A DNA stretch of 63,481 nt, filler included, from Octopus bimaculoides (taxonomy: Eukaryota): NCBI RefSeq assembly GCF_001194135.2. It is 9 parts of 9 records of this genome, joined end to end, with 100 filler letters (N's around TTAATTAATTAA, not from the genome) between each part and the next. Parts side by side here need not be neighbours in the genome. Positions count along the whole stretch, not along the records: positions 7,818 to 19,179 come from NC_068988.1; positions 19,280 to 32,307 come from NC_069007.1; 7 more parts are not named here. One strand, given 5' to 3'. The position numbers were made by a program, and so were the translations under genes. How positions within the stretch are numbered: the stretch's first letter is position 1; each line of letters begins with the position of its first letter. The notes below the pieces were generated by a model. The model was not told the origin of the DNA, did no database searches, and saw only the letters and a program-made list of their open reading frames with translations. This document shows, piece by piece, positions 13,597 to 26,240 of this stretch.

Positions 13597-13791
13597 GAGA
13601 CAGAGACAGAGAGAAAGCGAGAGAGAGAGAGAGAGGGGCACACACAGAGCAGAAAGAGAGAAAGGGGGAAAGAAGAAGGCAAGACAGAAACAGCAGCAAG
13701 GAAGGAGGGATGTATGTATGTATGCATGTCATAGCTCAGATTTATTTCAAAATTTCTTGCCATTAGAGAAGGAGTCGGTTTCTAAACTACA

Positions 13792-13825
<34 letters not shown>

Positions 13826-13829
13826 TGTA

Positions 13830-13975
13830 TCAGGTCATCCCATTAGTTCTGTACGATTTTACCCTTTTAAAAATTGAATGAAATTTAATAGCATTTTAGA
13901 ATGTCTAATGGAATTTAAAATTATTTTTATGCATTTGTGAACATTTAAACTAATTAAATGTTATTTTACAGAATA
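13830..13975 (+). mobile_element. Mariner 5' end fragment (left TIR)
   Basis: TA followed by TCAGGTCATCCCATTAG, similar to the TIR at 6469, then an AT-rich leader; truncated by a microsatellite and gap. Confidence 0.45.
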
Positions 13976-14429
13976 ATAGAATTAGATATATATATANNNN
14001 NNNNNNNNNNNNNNNNNNNNNNNNNNNNNNNNNNNNNNNNNNNNNNNNNNNNNNNNNNNNNNNNNNNNNNNNNNNNNNNNNNNNNNNNNNNNNNNNNNNN
14101 NNNATATATATATTTACTACTGTATTTGTGTAACATTGTTCGTTTTTTTTCTGTTTTTGTATACATTTGCTGCTTTCTTCCAAGGAATCTAATGCTCTTA
14201 GCTTAGTTTTTCTTTGGGGCTGGCCAGATTGGAGCAATATCGAGAATAACCAGCCGAAATTGCAAAGATAATCTGGATCTCGACTGAAGTGAGGAAACTC
14301 CGAATGATCTATCCTTGTCTTCTTTGTATCATCTATCTGAATGTTTTGTCCCATTCTTGTGTCACCTAAGTGTCCTGATGTTTTGCGTTCTTGTCCCATT
14401 CTGTATTATTTATATTTATATATATGTTC

Positions 14430-15075
14430 AATCGAATAAATCAAATGTTATTATATCAAAGTAATACTTATTCAACAACCCTATATTACTTAATAAGGGC
14501 TTAATTCTCGCACTGAAGAACTCAGTTTTATCCAAACATGAAGTTATAGTAACAGCTAAGAAAAATATTACATAGTTCGAAGAAAAGTACTGGTCTAGGA
14601 CTGATAGACTTGAGTATGTTGACATTACTTTGGGGTCCTGTGACTCCGCTCAAGTAACTGATTTAGTAGGTGTTTACATTATTACCTGCATACAGAGTGA
14701 ATTTCCTAAATTAAATGGTGGATTATATAGGGTCGAATAAGGTTAATCATTAAAGGTCTTGGAAAAACTTTTAAAGTTCTTTATGCGTCTCGGTTTCTTA
14801 GGTTAACTTCTTTGATCTTACTCTGGATTTAAATATTGGACTAGACGAAGCATATCATAAGCGGAATGAGTACATACGATATGTGAATACAAATTCTAAT
14901 CATCCTAGAAGAATCATAAATTCTATCGTTAAAAATAGATCAGCTCGTATTTAGAGGCTTTCGGCTAATGAGGATTTATTTGCACGTCCTGAAAATGACT
15001 ATAACTACGCATTATTTGAAGCTGGCTATATGAACAAAATTTCCTATATTCAGAATCAAAATACTAATATTGATA
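14430..15075 (+). pseudogene. Penelope-like element reverse transcriptase fragment (GLYRDD-type, Naiad-like)
   Basis: Translation gives VDITLGSCDSAQVTDLVGVYII, GLYRVE (decayed GLYRDD) and VNFFDLTLDLNIG...YVNTNSNHPRRIINSIVKNRSARI*RLSANEDLF, matching the PLE RT core and thumb pattern. Confidence 0.8.
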
Positions 15076-15294
15076 GAATATGAAGTATGATGAAACATGA
15101 TAGCGAGTTTAATGAAAATAAACACCTCAAGCAATTATATTTAAGTAAGCTAAGTTAGCTAAGACTGATGGCACAAATAAGATGAGTAAAACACGAAATG
15201 TTGGAGATAAGCATATTAATATGAACAAGCATAGATTCAACTCCTCTGTAAATAGTAAATGCATGGTTGGTAGAAACATTAATAATAATAATAA

Positions 15295-15359
<65 letters not shown>

Positions 15360-15458
15360 ATGATGATGATAATTGACGATACCCATAACAAAACCAATCA
15401 TAAATCAAAGAACGGCGGACGGATATCATAGATACTATACATTAGTTGATTTATGAGT

Positions 15459-15549
<91 letters not shown>

Positions 15550-15892
15550 TACTATGCAACACCACTCCAAAAATTACAAGAATAAACCCATATTGTAAAT
15601 ACCAAACTAAGTGAACAAAACTCACATGTGCCATCTGAAGGAGGAACACAACCTTCGCTGCACAAACGACACACAATATAAAACCTAATGCAAACCAAAC
15701 CTCATAACAAAAAGCACTGATGCAATACAGTATCCTCCCAAGAAAAGATGCAACTCACAACATCTCATCAGCACAAAGATGCAACAAATGATGGAAAAGA
15801 AAGTTGCTTGAAACTTTCAGAAGTCCAAAAATGATATTGGTGATGATGATGATGGTAACGAACGTTCCCTTACCTCAGTTTATGAGAGATGG

Positions 15893-16316
15893 GAAGAAGA
15901 AGAAGAAGAAGAAGAAGAAGAAGAAGAAGAAGAAGAAGGAGGAGGAGGAGGAGGAGGAGGAGAAGGTGGAGGAGGAGGAAAAGAAGAAGGCGGAGGAGGA
16001 GGAGAAGAAGAAGAAGAAGAAGAAGAAGAAGAAGAAGAAGAAGAAGGAAGAGTAGGAGAAGAAGAAGAAGAAGAAGAAGAAGAAGGAAGAGGAGGAGAAG
16101 AAGAAGAAGAAGAAGAAGAAGAAGAAAGAAGAGGAGAAGAAGAAGAAGAAGAAGAAGAATAAAGAAGAGGAGGAGAAGAAGAAGAAAAAGAAGAAGAAAA
16201 AGAAGAAGAAAAAGAAGAAGAAGAAGAAGAAGAAGAAGAAGAAGAAGAAGAAGAAGAAGAAGGAAGAAGAAGAAGAAGAAGAAGAAGAAGAAGAAGAAGA
16301 AGAAGAAGAAGAAGAA
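15893..16316 (+). repeat. Large compound (GAA)n/(GAG)n microsatellite
   Basis: ~420 bp of purine triplets directly visible. Confidence 0.97.
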
Positions 16317-16318
16317 AA

Positions 16319-17124
16319 CAACCGATAACATGTCTCAACACCACCTACAAGATCCTCACATCGATGATAACTGAAAGAATATACACTTTCCTTGCACAGG
16401 ACTCTACCTTTCCAAGAGCTCAAAATGCTTGTAAAAAATTTTTTTATGGATGCAAAGATCAGTAACTCATAAGTAAAATGATTATAGAAAGTTGCCGGAA
16501 CAACAAGAAGAACCTGATTACGGAATGGGCAGACTACAGGAAAGCGTTTGGTAGTGTCCGATATAACTGGCCACTCAAGACTCTTAAGATATATAAGATC
16601 TCTCCTGCCGTCTAAAATTCTTACCAAGTAGCATGGCCAAGTAAAATACACTTTCCTTCTTCGGCAGAGTAATGGGATAAACCAATCAAGCAACATGGGC
16701 ATCAAACGAGGCATCTTTGAAGGTTACTACTTCTCCCCATTACTCTTTTGCATGGCATTTATCCCACTCTCAAACGAACTGAGTAACACCAGGTAAGAGT
16801 TCAAAGTGTACAATATTATAGTAAACCATCTTTTTCATATGGACGATCTGAAGCTGCTTGCTAGAAATGACGAAGAGATAGTAGGGCTGTTAACAACTGT
16901 TAAAGATTTCAACAATGACATCGGGATGGTTTTTGGCCTTGATAAGTATGCTAAAGTAACTTTTGTAAGAGGCAAACAGCTTCCATTAAATTAGCTACCG
17001 ACACTGACATCAAGGAGCTTGACCGCCAACAATTTATAAATACCTGGGGATACACGAAGGAGATGGTATACAACATGTTACTGTGAAGGAAAAATTAGGA
17101 AAGGAGTATTAACAGGAGAGTAAG
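16319..17124 (+). pseudogene. R4/Dong-clade non-LTR retrotransposon RT fragment
   Basis: PITCLNTTYKILTSMITERIY, YGCKDQ*LISKMI, WADYRKAFGSV, IKRGIFEG..FSPLLFC and HLFHMDDLKLLARN..IGMVFGLDKYA; contains stops and frameshifts. Confidence 0.88.
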
Positions 17125-17286
17125 ATTCAGACAGTATATCCTTCGAAGCCGAAATGCTGATGTTCCTTTTATCATCCTTAAAAAACTCTTTTCGGGGAAC
17201 TTTTGAGCGGGGTGGGTTACACGGCCTGAAGAATATTCTAACTGGGCCTCTCCAGACAAGGAATACGCTGTTAATATTGATATGAA

Positions 17287-17423
17287 TTCACAATGTCACG
17301 CATATATGGTTGTGATGCATGTGCCTCGAATACACTTATCAGACGGATAGTCATGATGTGTATATTTGTACCCTAGTAACACTTTCATGTTATGCATTAC
17401 TCTCTCATTCACTACTACTGCTG

Positions 17424-17456
<33 letters not shown>

Positions 17457-17480
17457 GTAGTAGTAGTAGTAGTAGTAGTA

Positions 17481-17531
<51 letters not shown>

Positions 17532-17790
17532 GCCCTGATACAGTACCAGGCAGTGGCTTTCATGGCTTTTCATCTTAACTGACTGGAAGGTCAATCATGT
17601 ATATTGTTTTGTCTTGGTATGAAAGATGGGCTACTGCAAGGTCATGCCCTGCTTATCTTGATGTGAGATCACCATGTCGCACACATATGGCTGTGATGCA
17701 TGTGCTCGGTGTACCCTTATCAGACTGGTAGTTATGATGGGTATATTTTACCCCAGTGTCACTTTGATGGCATGCTTTGCTCTTTCACTC
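17287..17790 (+). mobile_element. Two tandem 3'-end copies of a non-LTR element family, each with a trinucleotide tail
   Basis: 17287-17412 and 17528-17790 share CACCATGTCGCACACATATGG...CTTATCAGAC...CTCTCACTC and are each followed by (ACT)n or (AAT)n. Confidence 0.65.
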
Positions 17791-17892
<102 letters not shown>

Positions 17893-18003
17893 AATAATAA
17901 CTAGCTGGACCCGTGAAAAATTCACGGAAAATACAAAAAATGTAAGCACCTGTAAATTGTGTACTGGTGCCATGAAAAATGTTTCTATATTGTGACAGTT
18001 GAA

Positions 18004-18222
18004 GGCAGCGAGCTGGAAGAACCGTTAGCACGCAGGGTGAAATGCTTAGCGGTATTTCGTCTGTCTTTATGTTCTGAGTTCAAATTCTGCCGAGGTCAAC
18101 TTTGTCTTTCGTCCTTTCGGATCGATGAATTAAGTACAAGTTGCGTACTGGGGTCGATCTAATCAACTGGCCCTCTCCCCACAAAAACCTCAGGTCTTGT
18201 GTCTATAGTCGAAAAGTATATT
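18004..18222 (+). mobile_element. SINE family B (tRNA-derived head), tail type 2
   Basis: GGCAGCGAGCTGG...GTTCTGAGTTCAAATTC head, conserved GAGGTCAACTTTG..TCCTTTCGG..TCGAT core; multiple copies in the window. Confidence 0.85.
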
Positions 18223-18391
18223 GCAACAGTTACAGAATATAAAGAGAAGTCTAAAACCGATAATTATATAATCCAACCAAAATATCTCAATTACGCAAAC
18301 GTAAACAGAATTACTATTTAATCTTAAAATACATCGTACACTTTTAGAGAACTCTTTTGGTTTAGTGGTACGGAACGTATGTTCTCGTATT

Positions 18392-18605
18392 CTTTTATTC
18401 TTTTACTTGTTTTTGTCATTTGACGGTGGCCATACTGGAGCATCATCCTTTAGTCGAAGAAATTGATCTCTGGACTTATTCACTGTAAGCCTGGTGCTTA
18501 TTCTATCAGTTTCTTCTGCTGAACAACTAAGTTACAGGGATGCAAACACACCACCATCGGTAGTCAAGCAATGGTAGTGGGAGACAAACACAGACACAAA
18601 CACAC
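18392..18605 (-). mobile_element. SINE family A, 3' half
   Basis: TTTTACTTGTTT..GTCATTTGAC..GGCCATACTGGAGCA motif shared with the full-length copies. Confidence 0.8.
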
Positions 18606-18817
18606 ACGCATAAATAAATATATACATATATACATACATCTAATAATGTAAATAATATATAAATTCATGCATATATCCATACATATGTGTACATACCTAC
18701 ATCTATATGTATGCATTCATGCATATATGGGTACAGGACATCAAAAAAAAAAAACTTTAAACCCAATGAGAAACGAAAAATTAAAAACGAAAACAGAAAT
18801 AATAATAATAATAATAA

Positions 18818-19179
18818 TAAGATTGCCAAGAATTTATCTCTCTCATCAAAGATCAGTGGCTATCGGACGCTGACGAAGGGAAATAACCCTGAAACCCGGG
18901 TCCGTTCGTGCTACAGATCATGTTGAGAGGGATAACTTCCTTTGGCAAACAGGACACAGTAGTGTGTCGATAAGCCAGCTGGAGGAGATGTCCTCCTGGG
19001 GCTAAAAGCAACAGTAACATCCACCCCTAGGGGTCAGCCACACTTAAGTTGCAATATATTACACTTTATCGTGCAGTTACTGTTAATACTTCATTTAGAG
19101 AATTAACATTGCTTGTTTTCACCTTTTCGATATCAGTGAAGAATTTCACTGGAAAAGTAGATATAAGATTGCCAAGATT
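18818..19179 (+). mobile_element. Hammerhead-bearing ~346-nt non-coding retroelement (retrozyme-like), copy 1
   Basis: Terminal redundancy TAAGATTGCCAAGA at 18818-18831 and 19164-19177 (period 346). Internal hammerhead, no ORF, homologous to the reverse complement of 30141-30540; runs into a contig end. Confidence 0.75.
18864..18908 (+). ncRNA. Type I hammerhead ribozyme, intact core
   Basis: cggacg-CTGACGA-AGGG aaataa CCCT-GAAA-CCCGGG-TC-cgttcg. Stem I is 6 bp, stem II 4 bp, stem III ACCCGGGT palindromic; predicted cleavage after C18902. Confidence 0.9.
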
Positions 19180-19279
19180 NNNNNNNNNNNNNNNNNNNNN
19201 NNNNNNNNNNNNNNNNNNNNNNNTTAATTAATTAANNNNNNNNNNNNNNNNNNNNNNNNNNNNNNNNNNNNNNNNNNNN

Positions 19280-19312
<33 letters not shown>

Positions 19313-19327
19313 GTGTGTGTGTGTATA

Positions 19328-19540
19328 TGTTTGTGTGTCTGTGTTTGTTCCTCCAGCATCGCTTGATAACCAATGCTGGTGTGTTTACGTCCCCGTAACT
19401 TAGCGGTTCGGCAAAAGATGAAAGATAGAATAAGTACTAGGCTTCCAAAGAATAAGTCCTGGGGTCGATTTGCTCGACTAAAGGCAGTGCTCCAGCATGG
19501 CCACAGTCAAATGACTGAAACAAGTAAAAGAGTAAAAGAG
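19328..19540 (+). mobile_element. SINE family A, 3' half
   Basis: ...GGTGTGTTTACGTCCCCGTAACTTAGCGGTTCGGC...GAAACAAGTAAAAGAGTAAAAGAG tail. Confidence 0.88.
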
Positions 19541-20626
19541 TATATGAATATATATATATATATACACAGGCTCACACACATAAATGTATGCGTATATATA
19601 TGTGTATGTGTGTATATGCATATGTAATGTATGTATAGATGTAAATTAATAATCCCCCCCCCCGTAGTACATTGATTACTTCTACTTCCTCTCCCCACCA
19701 TTTGCTTCTTACAGTCACTATTGGTGACTGTAAACATACCCCTTCCTATCTTCCACCCCTTCCTATTTCCATCAGTACATGCTCTCCTCTTCCTTCTCCT
19801 CCTTGCTTTCCTCCACCCCTCTTACATTTTCTTTCTTTTCTTTCTCTCTGTTGTTTTTGTTTCTTTTCCTGTCTCTTTTTGTGTTTTTTTTTTCTGGAAT
19901 GTTTTCTGCATTATTTGTATTTTTCCCCCCACTTTTGTTAATGAACTGTCTTCTGGGAAATGCTTGAAAGTCACAGAATCTTCTTTGTTCTTCTGAAAAC
20001 ATCGCTGACACAACTAACACTGCCGCTACCCCCATCACCACTATAACCACCACAGTCACCACCACCACCATAACCACCATCACCACCTTCAAAACCTCCA
20101 TAACTTAGTGAATGAGTCTCTAAGTAGTCACTAGACAGGCTAGAAATAACAGTCAAATCTATTTCAAATCACAAATGGTGACTATACAGAAACCCTTTGT
20201 CTGGATTGAACCTGTCATTCAAACATTCAACTTTGTCGCACATTGCATCAAACAGACTCTGCATGAGAATACTTCTTCCGTTTTATCCCAAAAAATCTCA
20301 AACAAGGTGAGAAACCTTGATGAAAGAGCAATTAAGACGAAAGGAATGGATTTACTTTCGACTTGAAACAGTTCAGGTCATAAGAAAGAGGAAAATAATG
20401 AGATGGAAGAGGGTTCCAAAGTCTGACCAGCTTGAGGAAAAAAGCTCTGACTGTAGAAGGATTTCCTTATCCTTGGAAGCACAACAGCATTTGGATGAAG
20501 ACGATGTGGGTTTCGAGTCTGGTTGGATGGCCCAATGTTATCTGGAACTAAGAGAGAAAGTTTATCAGAACAGAAAAGCAGAAGAAAAGCTATGAGATGG
20601 AAGAGAATTCCTAAGTCTATCTAGAT

Positions 20627-21037
20627 ACTCTTTTTACTCTTTACTCTTTTACTTGTTTCAGTCATTTGACTGCAGCCATGCTGGAGCACCGCCTTTAGTC
20701 GAGCAAATCAACCCCAGGACTTATTCTTTGGAAGCCTAGTACTTATTCTATCGGTCTCTTTTGCTGAACTGCTAAGTTACGGGGACGTAAACGCACCAGC
20801 GTCGGTTGTCAAGCGATGTTGGAGGGACAAACACAGACACACAAACACACATATATATATATACACATATATACGACGGGCTTCTTTCAGTTTCCATCTA
20901 CCAAATCCACTCACAAGGCTTTGGTTGGCCCGAGGGTATAGTAGAAGACACTTGCTCAAGGTGCCATACAGTGGGACTGAACCCGGAACCATGTGGTTGG
21001 TAAGCAAGCTACTTACCACACAGCCACTCCTGCACCT
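20627..21037 (-). mobile_element. SINE family A, full length
   Basis: The reverse complement begins AGGTGCAGGAGTGGCTGTGTGGTAAG..GGTTCCGGGTTCAGTCCC (tRNA-like A/B boxes), then CCTTGAGCAAGTG, an internal TA/TG microsatellite and a (GAGTAAAA)n tail. Confidence 0.92.
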
Positions 21038-21051
21038 ATATGTATCTCTTA

Positions 21052-21456
21052 TGTTTTACTTGTTTCAGTCATTAGACTGTGGCCATGCTGGGGCACCACT
21101 TTGAGGAATTTTAGTTGAGCTAATCAACCCCAGTACTTATTTTCCTGCTATGTTATGGGGATGTAAACACACCAACACTGATTGTCAGGTGGNNNNNNNN
21201 NNNNNNNNNNNNNNNNNNNNNNNNNNNNNNNNNNNNNNNNNNNNNNNNNNNNNNNNNNNNNNNNNNNNNNNNNNNNNNNNNNNNNNNNNNNNNNNACACA
21301 CACACACACACACATGCCAGGCTTCTTTCAGTTTCTGTCTACCAAATCCACTCACAAGGCTTTAGTTGGCCCAAGGCCATCATAGAAGACACTTGCCCAA
21401 GGTGCCATGCAGTGGGATTGAACCCGGAACCATATGGTTGGTAAGCAAGCTACTTA
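21052..21456 (-). mobile_element. SINE family A copy interrupted by a gap
   Basis: Same 3' and 5' modules as 20627-21037. Confidence 0.82.
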
Positions 21457-21482
21457 TCAATGTATATCATTGTAAATATATA

Positions 21483-21548
<66 letters not shown>

Positions 21549-22405
21549 GTGTGTGTGTGTGTATGTCCACTTGTGTTTGTCCCCTTTGGCCGTTTGGTAA
21601 TTGATGTGAGTTTGTTTACATTCCTGTAACATAGCAGTTTGGCAAAAGGGGAATGACAGAATAAGTAGCAGACTTCAAACAACAAACAAAAAGTTTAAAA
21701 AATGATGGAGTAAACCAATAAAACGAAGGGCATGGCTGGACAGCCTTTATATATACCTGCTCATATACCTGCTCATATACCTGCTCATATACCTGCTCAT
21801 TAAAGGTATACATAGTATACCTGACATCAGCAGCTGTGTCCCTCGATAGCAACATGTGGTTTCTTGACTTGCTAGAAATAGCAGTAAGCCAACCGTATTC
21901 AATCACATGATACTCTTTTATTAAGTGTAAGAGAGCATAGTGAAAAAATAAACAAACGATAGACAGGATGGTCACATTAGGAAAGCCTTTACTTGTAAAT
22001 CTTATTATTCAGGACCATTGTGAGAATAAACAATAGCGCTGTACATCCAACTGCAGCAGTCCACTCCGACACGACACTTCTTCCGTGGCACAGCACATAG
22101 CACTATGTCACTCCTCGCTGCAAAGTGGCACTCTGCAACGCCCACCACCACACCAGACCAAACTCCTCTGCATAATGCCAAGAAGACCCATCATTCCAAA
22201 GTTTTTGTCTTCTTAGAAATAATTTTCTTGACTGAAGCATTGTGTAGTGACAGCATTACGGCACTTAAAATGTTCGCTGTACACCTGCATACTGTAGCCT
22301 ATTCATACGTTCGCCAACCATTACATATACACTCCTCTACATAATACATACACACATACATTCATACACATATTCGCACAGCATATACATACACATGAAC
22401 GTATG

Positions 22406-22456
<51 letters not shown>

Positions 22457-22692
22457 NNNNNNNNNNNNNNNNNNNNNNNNNNNNNNNNNNNNNNNNNNNN
22501 NNNNNNNNNNNNNNNNNNNNNNNNNNNNNNNNNNNNNNNNNNNNNNNNTTTAGGTATATATATTCATATATATGTATGTATATATATATATATTTATATA
22601 TATGTATGTATATATGTGTGTATATGTATATAATATATTTGTATATGTATGATATGCATATACACACATATATACATACATATATATACATA

Positions 22693-22723
<31 letters not shown>

Positions 22724-22886
22724 TTATATACATATGTATGTATATATGCATATATATATATGTGTGTGCATATGTATATGTATGTATATGCATATATGTG
22801 GGTGTGTATGTATGTTTATATAAATGTATGTATATAACACCTACAAAATGTGTTGAATGCTACTTTCGTTTGTTCACTCACTCATA

Positions 22887-23410
22887 TGTGACCTGATCAA
22901 TATGTATCCGAACTGTTGCCATAGTAACGAAGCTAAAGCATGCAGAGTGAAGTCGCTTGGCATAGAATGACCTTGGCACAGAATGACCTTGGTATAAATC
23001 GACCTTGAACTCTGCTGTGCCTGCAGCTCTGAGGGGAAATCATTGAATCACCATCCGTGACTTAGCAGAATATGTGCAGATTAGTTACAGCAGTTCAGTT
23101 CATTATCGCTGAAGATCTGGGTATGAGACGCACGTCTGCCAAGTTTGTGCTGACCAAAAAGACACTCAGGGTTTCAGTTGCACAAAATCTCCTTGATTGT
23201 GTTGAGAACAATGAAAACTTTTTGGAAACTTTGCATTGGCCTCTGAGCAGGTATTGCTAGGCTTTTAGCAAAGTTTGATGCAAATTCTCTGCTCAGCTTT
23301 CTCTGTCATGTTCAATGCGACGATCACACGCTACACACCTTCCTTCCAAGCACTTCTGTAAAAAGCAGAAGTGAGCTACAGTGTTAAAACTTAGTGCACA
23401 TGCACAGCAG
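22887..23410 (+). mobile_element. Mariner deletion derivative
   Basis: TA followed by a TIR-like TGTGACCTGATCAATATGTATCCGAACTGTTGCC; remnant VQFIIAEDLGMRRTSAKFV...RVSVAQNLLDCVENNENFL. Confidence 0.72.
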
Positions 23411-23832
23411 AGGTCAAGATCAATCTTTGCCAAGTGGCTTCAACACCCCCTTTAACACCCCATTCAGTTCTCTCTCTCTCTCTCTCTCTCTCTCTCCCCC
23501 TCTCTCTCTCTCTTATGATATGGGTATACATGTCTGATGTAAAATGCTATTACCCAAATAAATGGTTGTGTTTATCTAAAAAGAACCTACTGCAGAAATA
23601 TATGTTAACACAATACACTCCTTACTACTTGAATGTAGGTTCAATATTCAGTATTCCCCCATTCAACTACCAACTGTTAAGCCAACACATGTCAAACAAA
23701 CATGGTTAACCAACACAGTTAAACTAACACCATACAACTGTCCCTCTAACATTTCACTCAGTTCTTATTTCTTATATTCGGTTAGTCCAACTTCAGTCAT
23801 TTGGGGGTGTTCAGGATTCTTCCATAACACAT

Positions 23833-23880
<48 letters not shown>

Positions 23881-23916
23881 NNNNNNNNNNATTTTGCTTG
23901 GGAAACAAACATCTTA

Positions 23917-24145
23917 TTTCTCTATTGCTCACAAGGGGCTAAACACAGAGGGGACAAACAAGGACAGTAAAAGGGATTTAGTTGATAACATCGACCCCAG
24001 TGCGTAACTGGTACTTAATTTATCGACCCCGAAAGGATGAAAGGCAAAGTCGACCTCGGAGGAACTTGAACTCAGAACATAACGGCAGACGAAATACCGC
24101 TAAGCATTTCTCCCGGCGTGCTAACGATTCTGCCAGCTCGCCGCC
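23917..24145 (-). mobile_element. SINE family B, full length, tail type 1, with 17-bp TSD
   Basis: GGGAAACAAACATCTTA at 23900-23916 and 24150-24166 flanks the element; tRNA-like head GGCGGCGAGCTGGCAGAATCGTTAGC. Confidence 0.93.
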
Positions 24146-24379
24146 TTGGGGGAAACAAACATCTTACCATGCAACCACGCCTTTGCCTATATATGTAGAT
24201 GTATATATTTATGTGTGTATCCTTGTGATTGTGTTTGCCCCTCACCCCTCTCGCCCCCACCTCTGTGCTTGACAACTGGTGTTGGTTTGCTTACATCCCT
24301 GAAACTTAGAGGTTCAATATGAGAGACTGATGAAAAAAATTCCAGAATTGAAACACAAAAAAGGAAAGTACTGGGATTG

Positions 24380-24466
24380 ATTCATCATCATCATCATTCA
24401 TCATTCATCATTATCGTTTAACGTCCGTTTTTCCATGCTGGCATGGGTTGGACAGTTCATTCAAGT
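24380..24466 (-). mobile_element. 3' terminus of an RTE-like LINE with (GAT)n tail
   Basis: Reverse complement reads CAACCCATGCCAGCATGGAAAAACGGACGTTAAACGATAATGATG; a similar tail lies on + at 46406-46460. Confidence 0.6.
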
Positions 24467-24951
24467 AAATTCTTCAGGGTGGTATCCCAGAATGGCTGCA
24501 ATCCAATGACTGCAGCAAGTATAAGATATAAAAGAAAAAGGTATATATTCATATTAATATATAGTTACTTATCTATAATAATATTTATTTATATATTTAT
24601 ATTAATACATATCTATGTATAAATCTACACATTTATATAAATATATATATCTATATGTTTATATTAATATATATGTTTGTAGTTATATTTATCTTTAGTT
24701 GCTGTTTAATTTTAATTCCTCTTGTAGTGTTTTGCAGTATTAAAACTAGCTATTGAACGATTGAAAGATATATATGTGATGTATACGCATCGATATGATG
24801 TGTATATCTGTGTACATGTGTGATTGTACGTGTATGTATGCATAAACGTACGTACAGAATTGAAATTTATTCATCTCTGTTGTACCTAATTAATATATGA
24901 GTATGTATGTGTATGTTATGAAAGAAAAATATTTATATATGTGTGTGTATA

Positions 24952-24993
<42 letters not shown>

Positions 24994-25393
24994 NNNNNNN
25001 NNNTATACATATATAAATAATGTATGTATGTGTGTGTATGTGTATATATATGTATATATATATTTACACACACACTCACATATGTTTCTCTTTTATAAAA
25101 CAAACTTACACACCCATAACTTCTTGACAACAGACATACCTGCATCCATCTACATCCATACATATATATGTATGTATGTATGTATGTATATATGTATATA
25201 TGTATGTATGTGTGTTTGTGTATATATATGCATGTATCTATATATATATATGTGTGTGTTATATATGTGTATACATTTATTCATACATACATGCATGCAT
25301 ACATACATACATACATATATATGTATAGGCAGATAATTATATGTACCTATAAATACCAATATGTATATACACACACTCACATATGTGTATATG

Positions 25394-25432
<39 letters not shown>

Positions 25433-25938
25433 GTGTGTGTGTATGTATATCATCATCATCATCAGTTGCAGCAGCAGCAGCAGCAGTAATATTGCCCTTT
25501 CATTAAAAGGTTGTTTAATTACGTCCTCTGTGAGTTGGATTGCCAAGATGAAAATAGGCAACAGAGAGAGAGAGAGAGAGAGATAGACTGATACACATAC
25601 ACATACACACACAAGCAGATGAAGATGAGCAAGAAGAAAGCAATGGAAGCAGCATCCACTACAGCAATAACAACCAAGTTGAGCATTTATAATTATGATA
25701 AAGAAAACAGAGAAAAATAATCATTAATGGAAAAAGACACAAATCTGTCCAGTGCCCTCGTTAACAACAACAACAACAGCAACAACAACAGAAGCAATCG
25801 CAGCAGAAAGAACAATGGTGATGCTGTGACGCCAATCTAGCCTCTGTGTGTTTGGTTGATATGTGAGAAATAACAACCTAATTCCTTGGGATGATGTATT
25901 TTACGGTCTTTTAGAACAGCGTTGTTACTTATTGATAT

Positions 25939-26166
25939 ACTCTTTTTACTCTTTTTACTCTTTTACTCTTTTACTTGTTTCAGTCATTCGACTGCGGCCA
26001 TGCTGGAGCACCACCTTTAGTCGAGCAAATCGACCCCGGGACTTATTCTTTGTTAGCCTAGTACTTATTCTATCGGTCTCTTTTGCCGAACCGCTAAGTG
26101 ACGGGGACATAAACACACCAGCATTGTTTGTCAAGCGATGCTAGGGGGACAAACACACACACACAA

Positions 26167-26240
<74 letters not shown>

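Noticed and set aside
13950-14399. 149-aa minus-strand ORF
   Set aside because: A third of it is gap or microsatellite, and I could not assign the remaining ~85 aa; probably a repeat remnant.
15870-16374. Long poly-Arg/Leu/Ser/Phe ORFs (and the many YI/CV/HT-repeat and X-filled ORFs elsewhere)
   Set aside because: These are translations of microsatellites and N gaps with no domain content.
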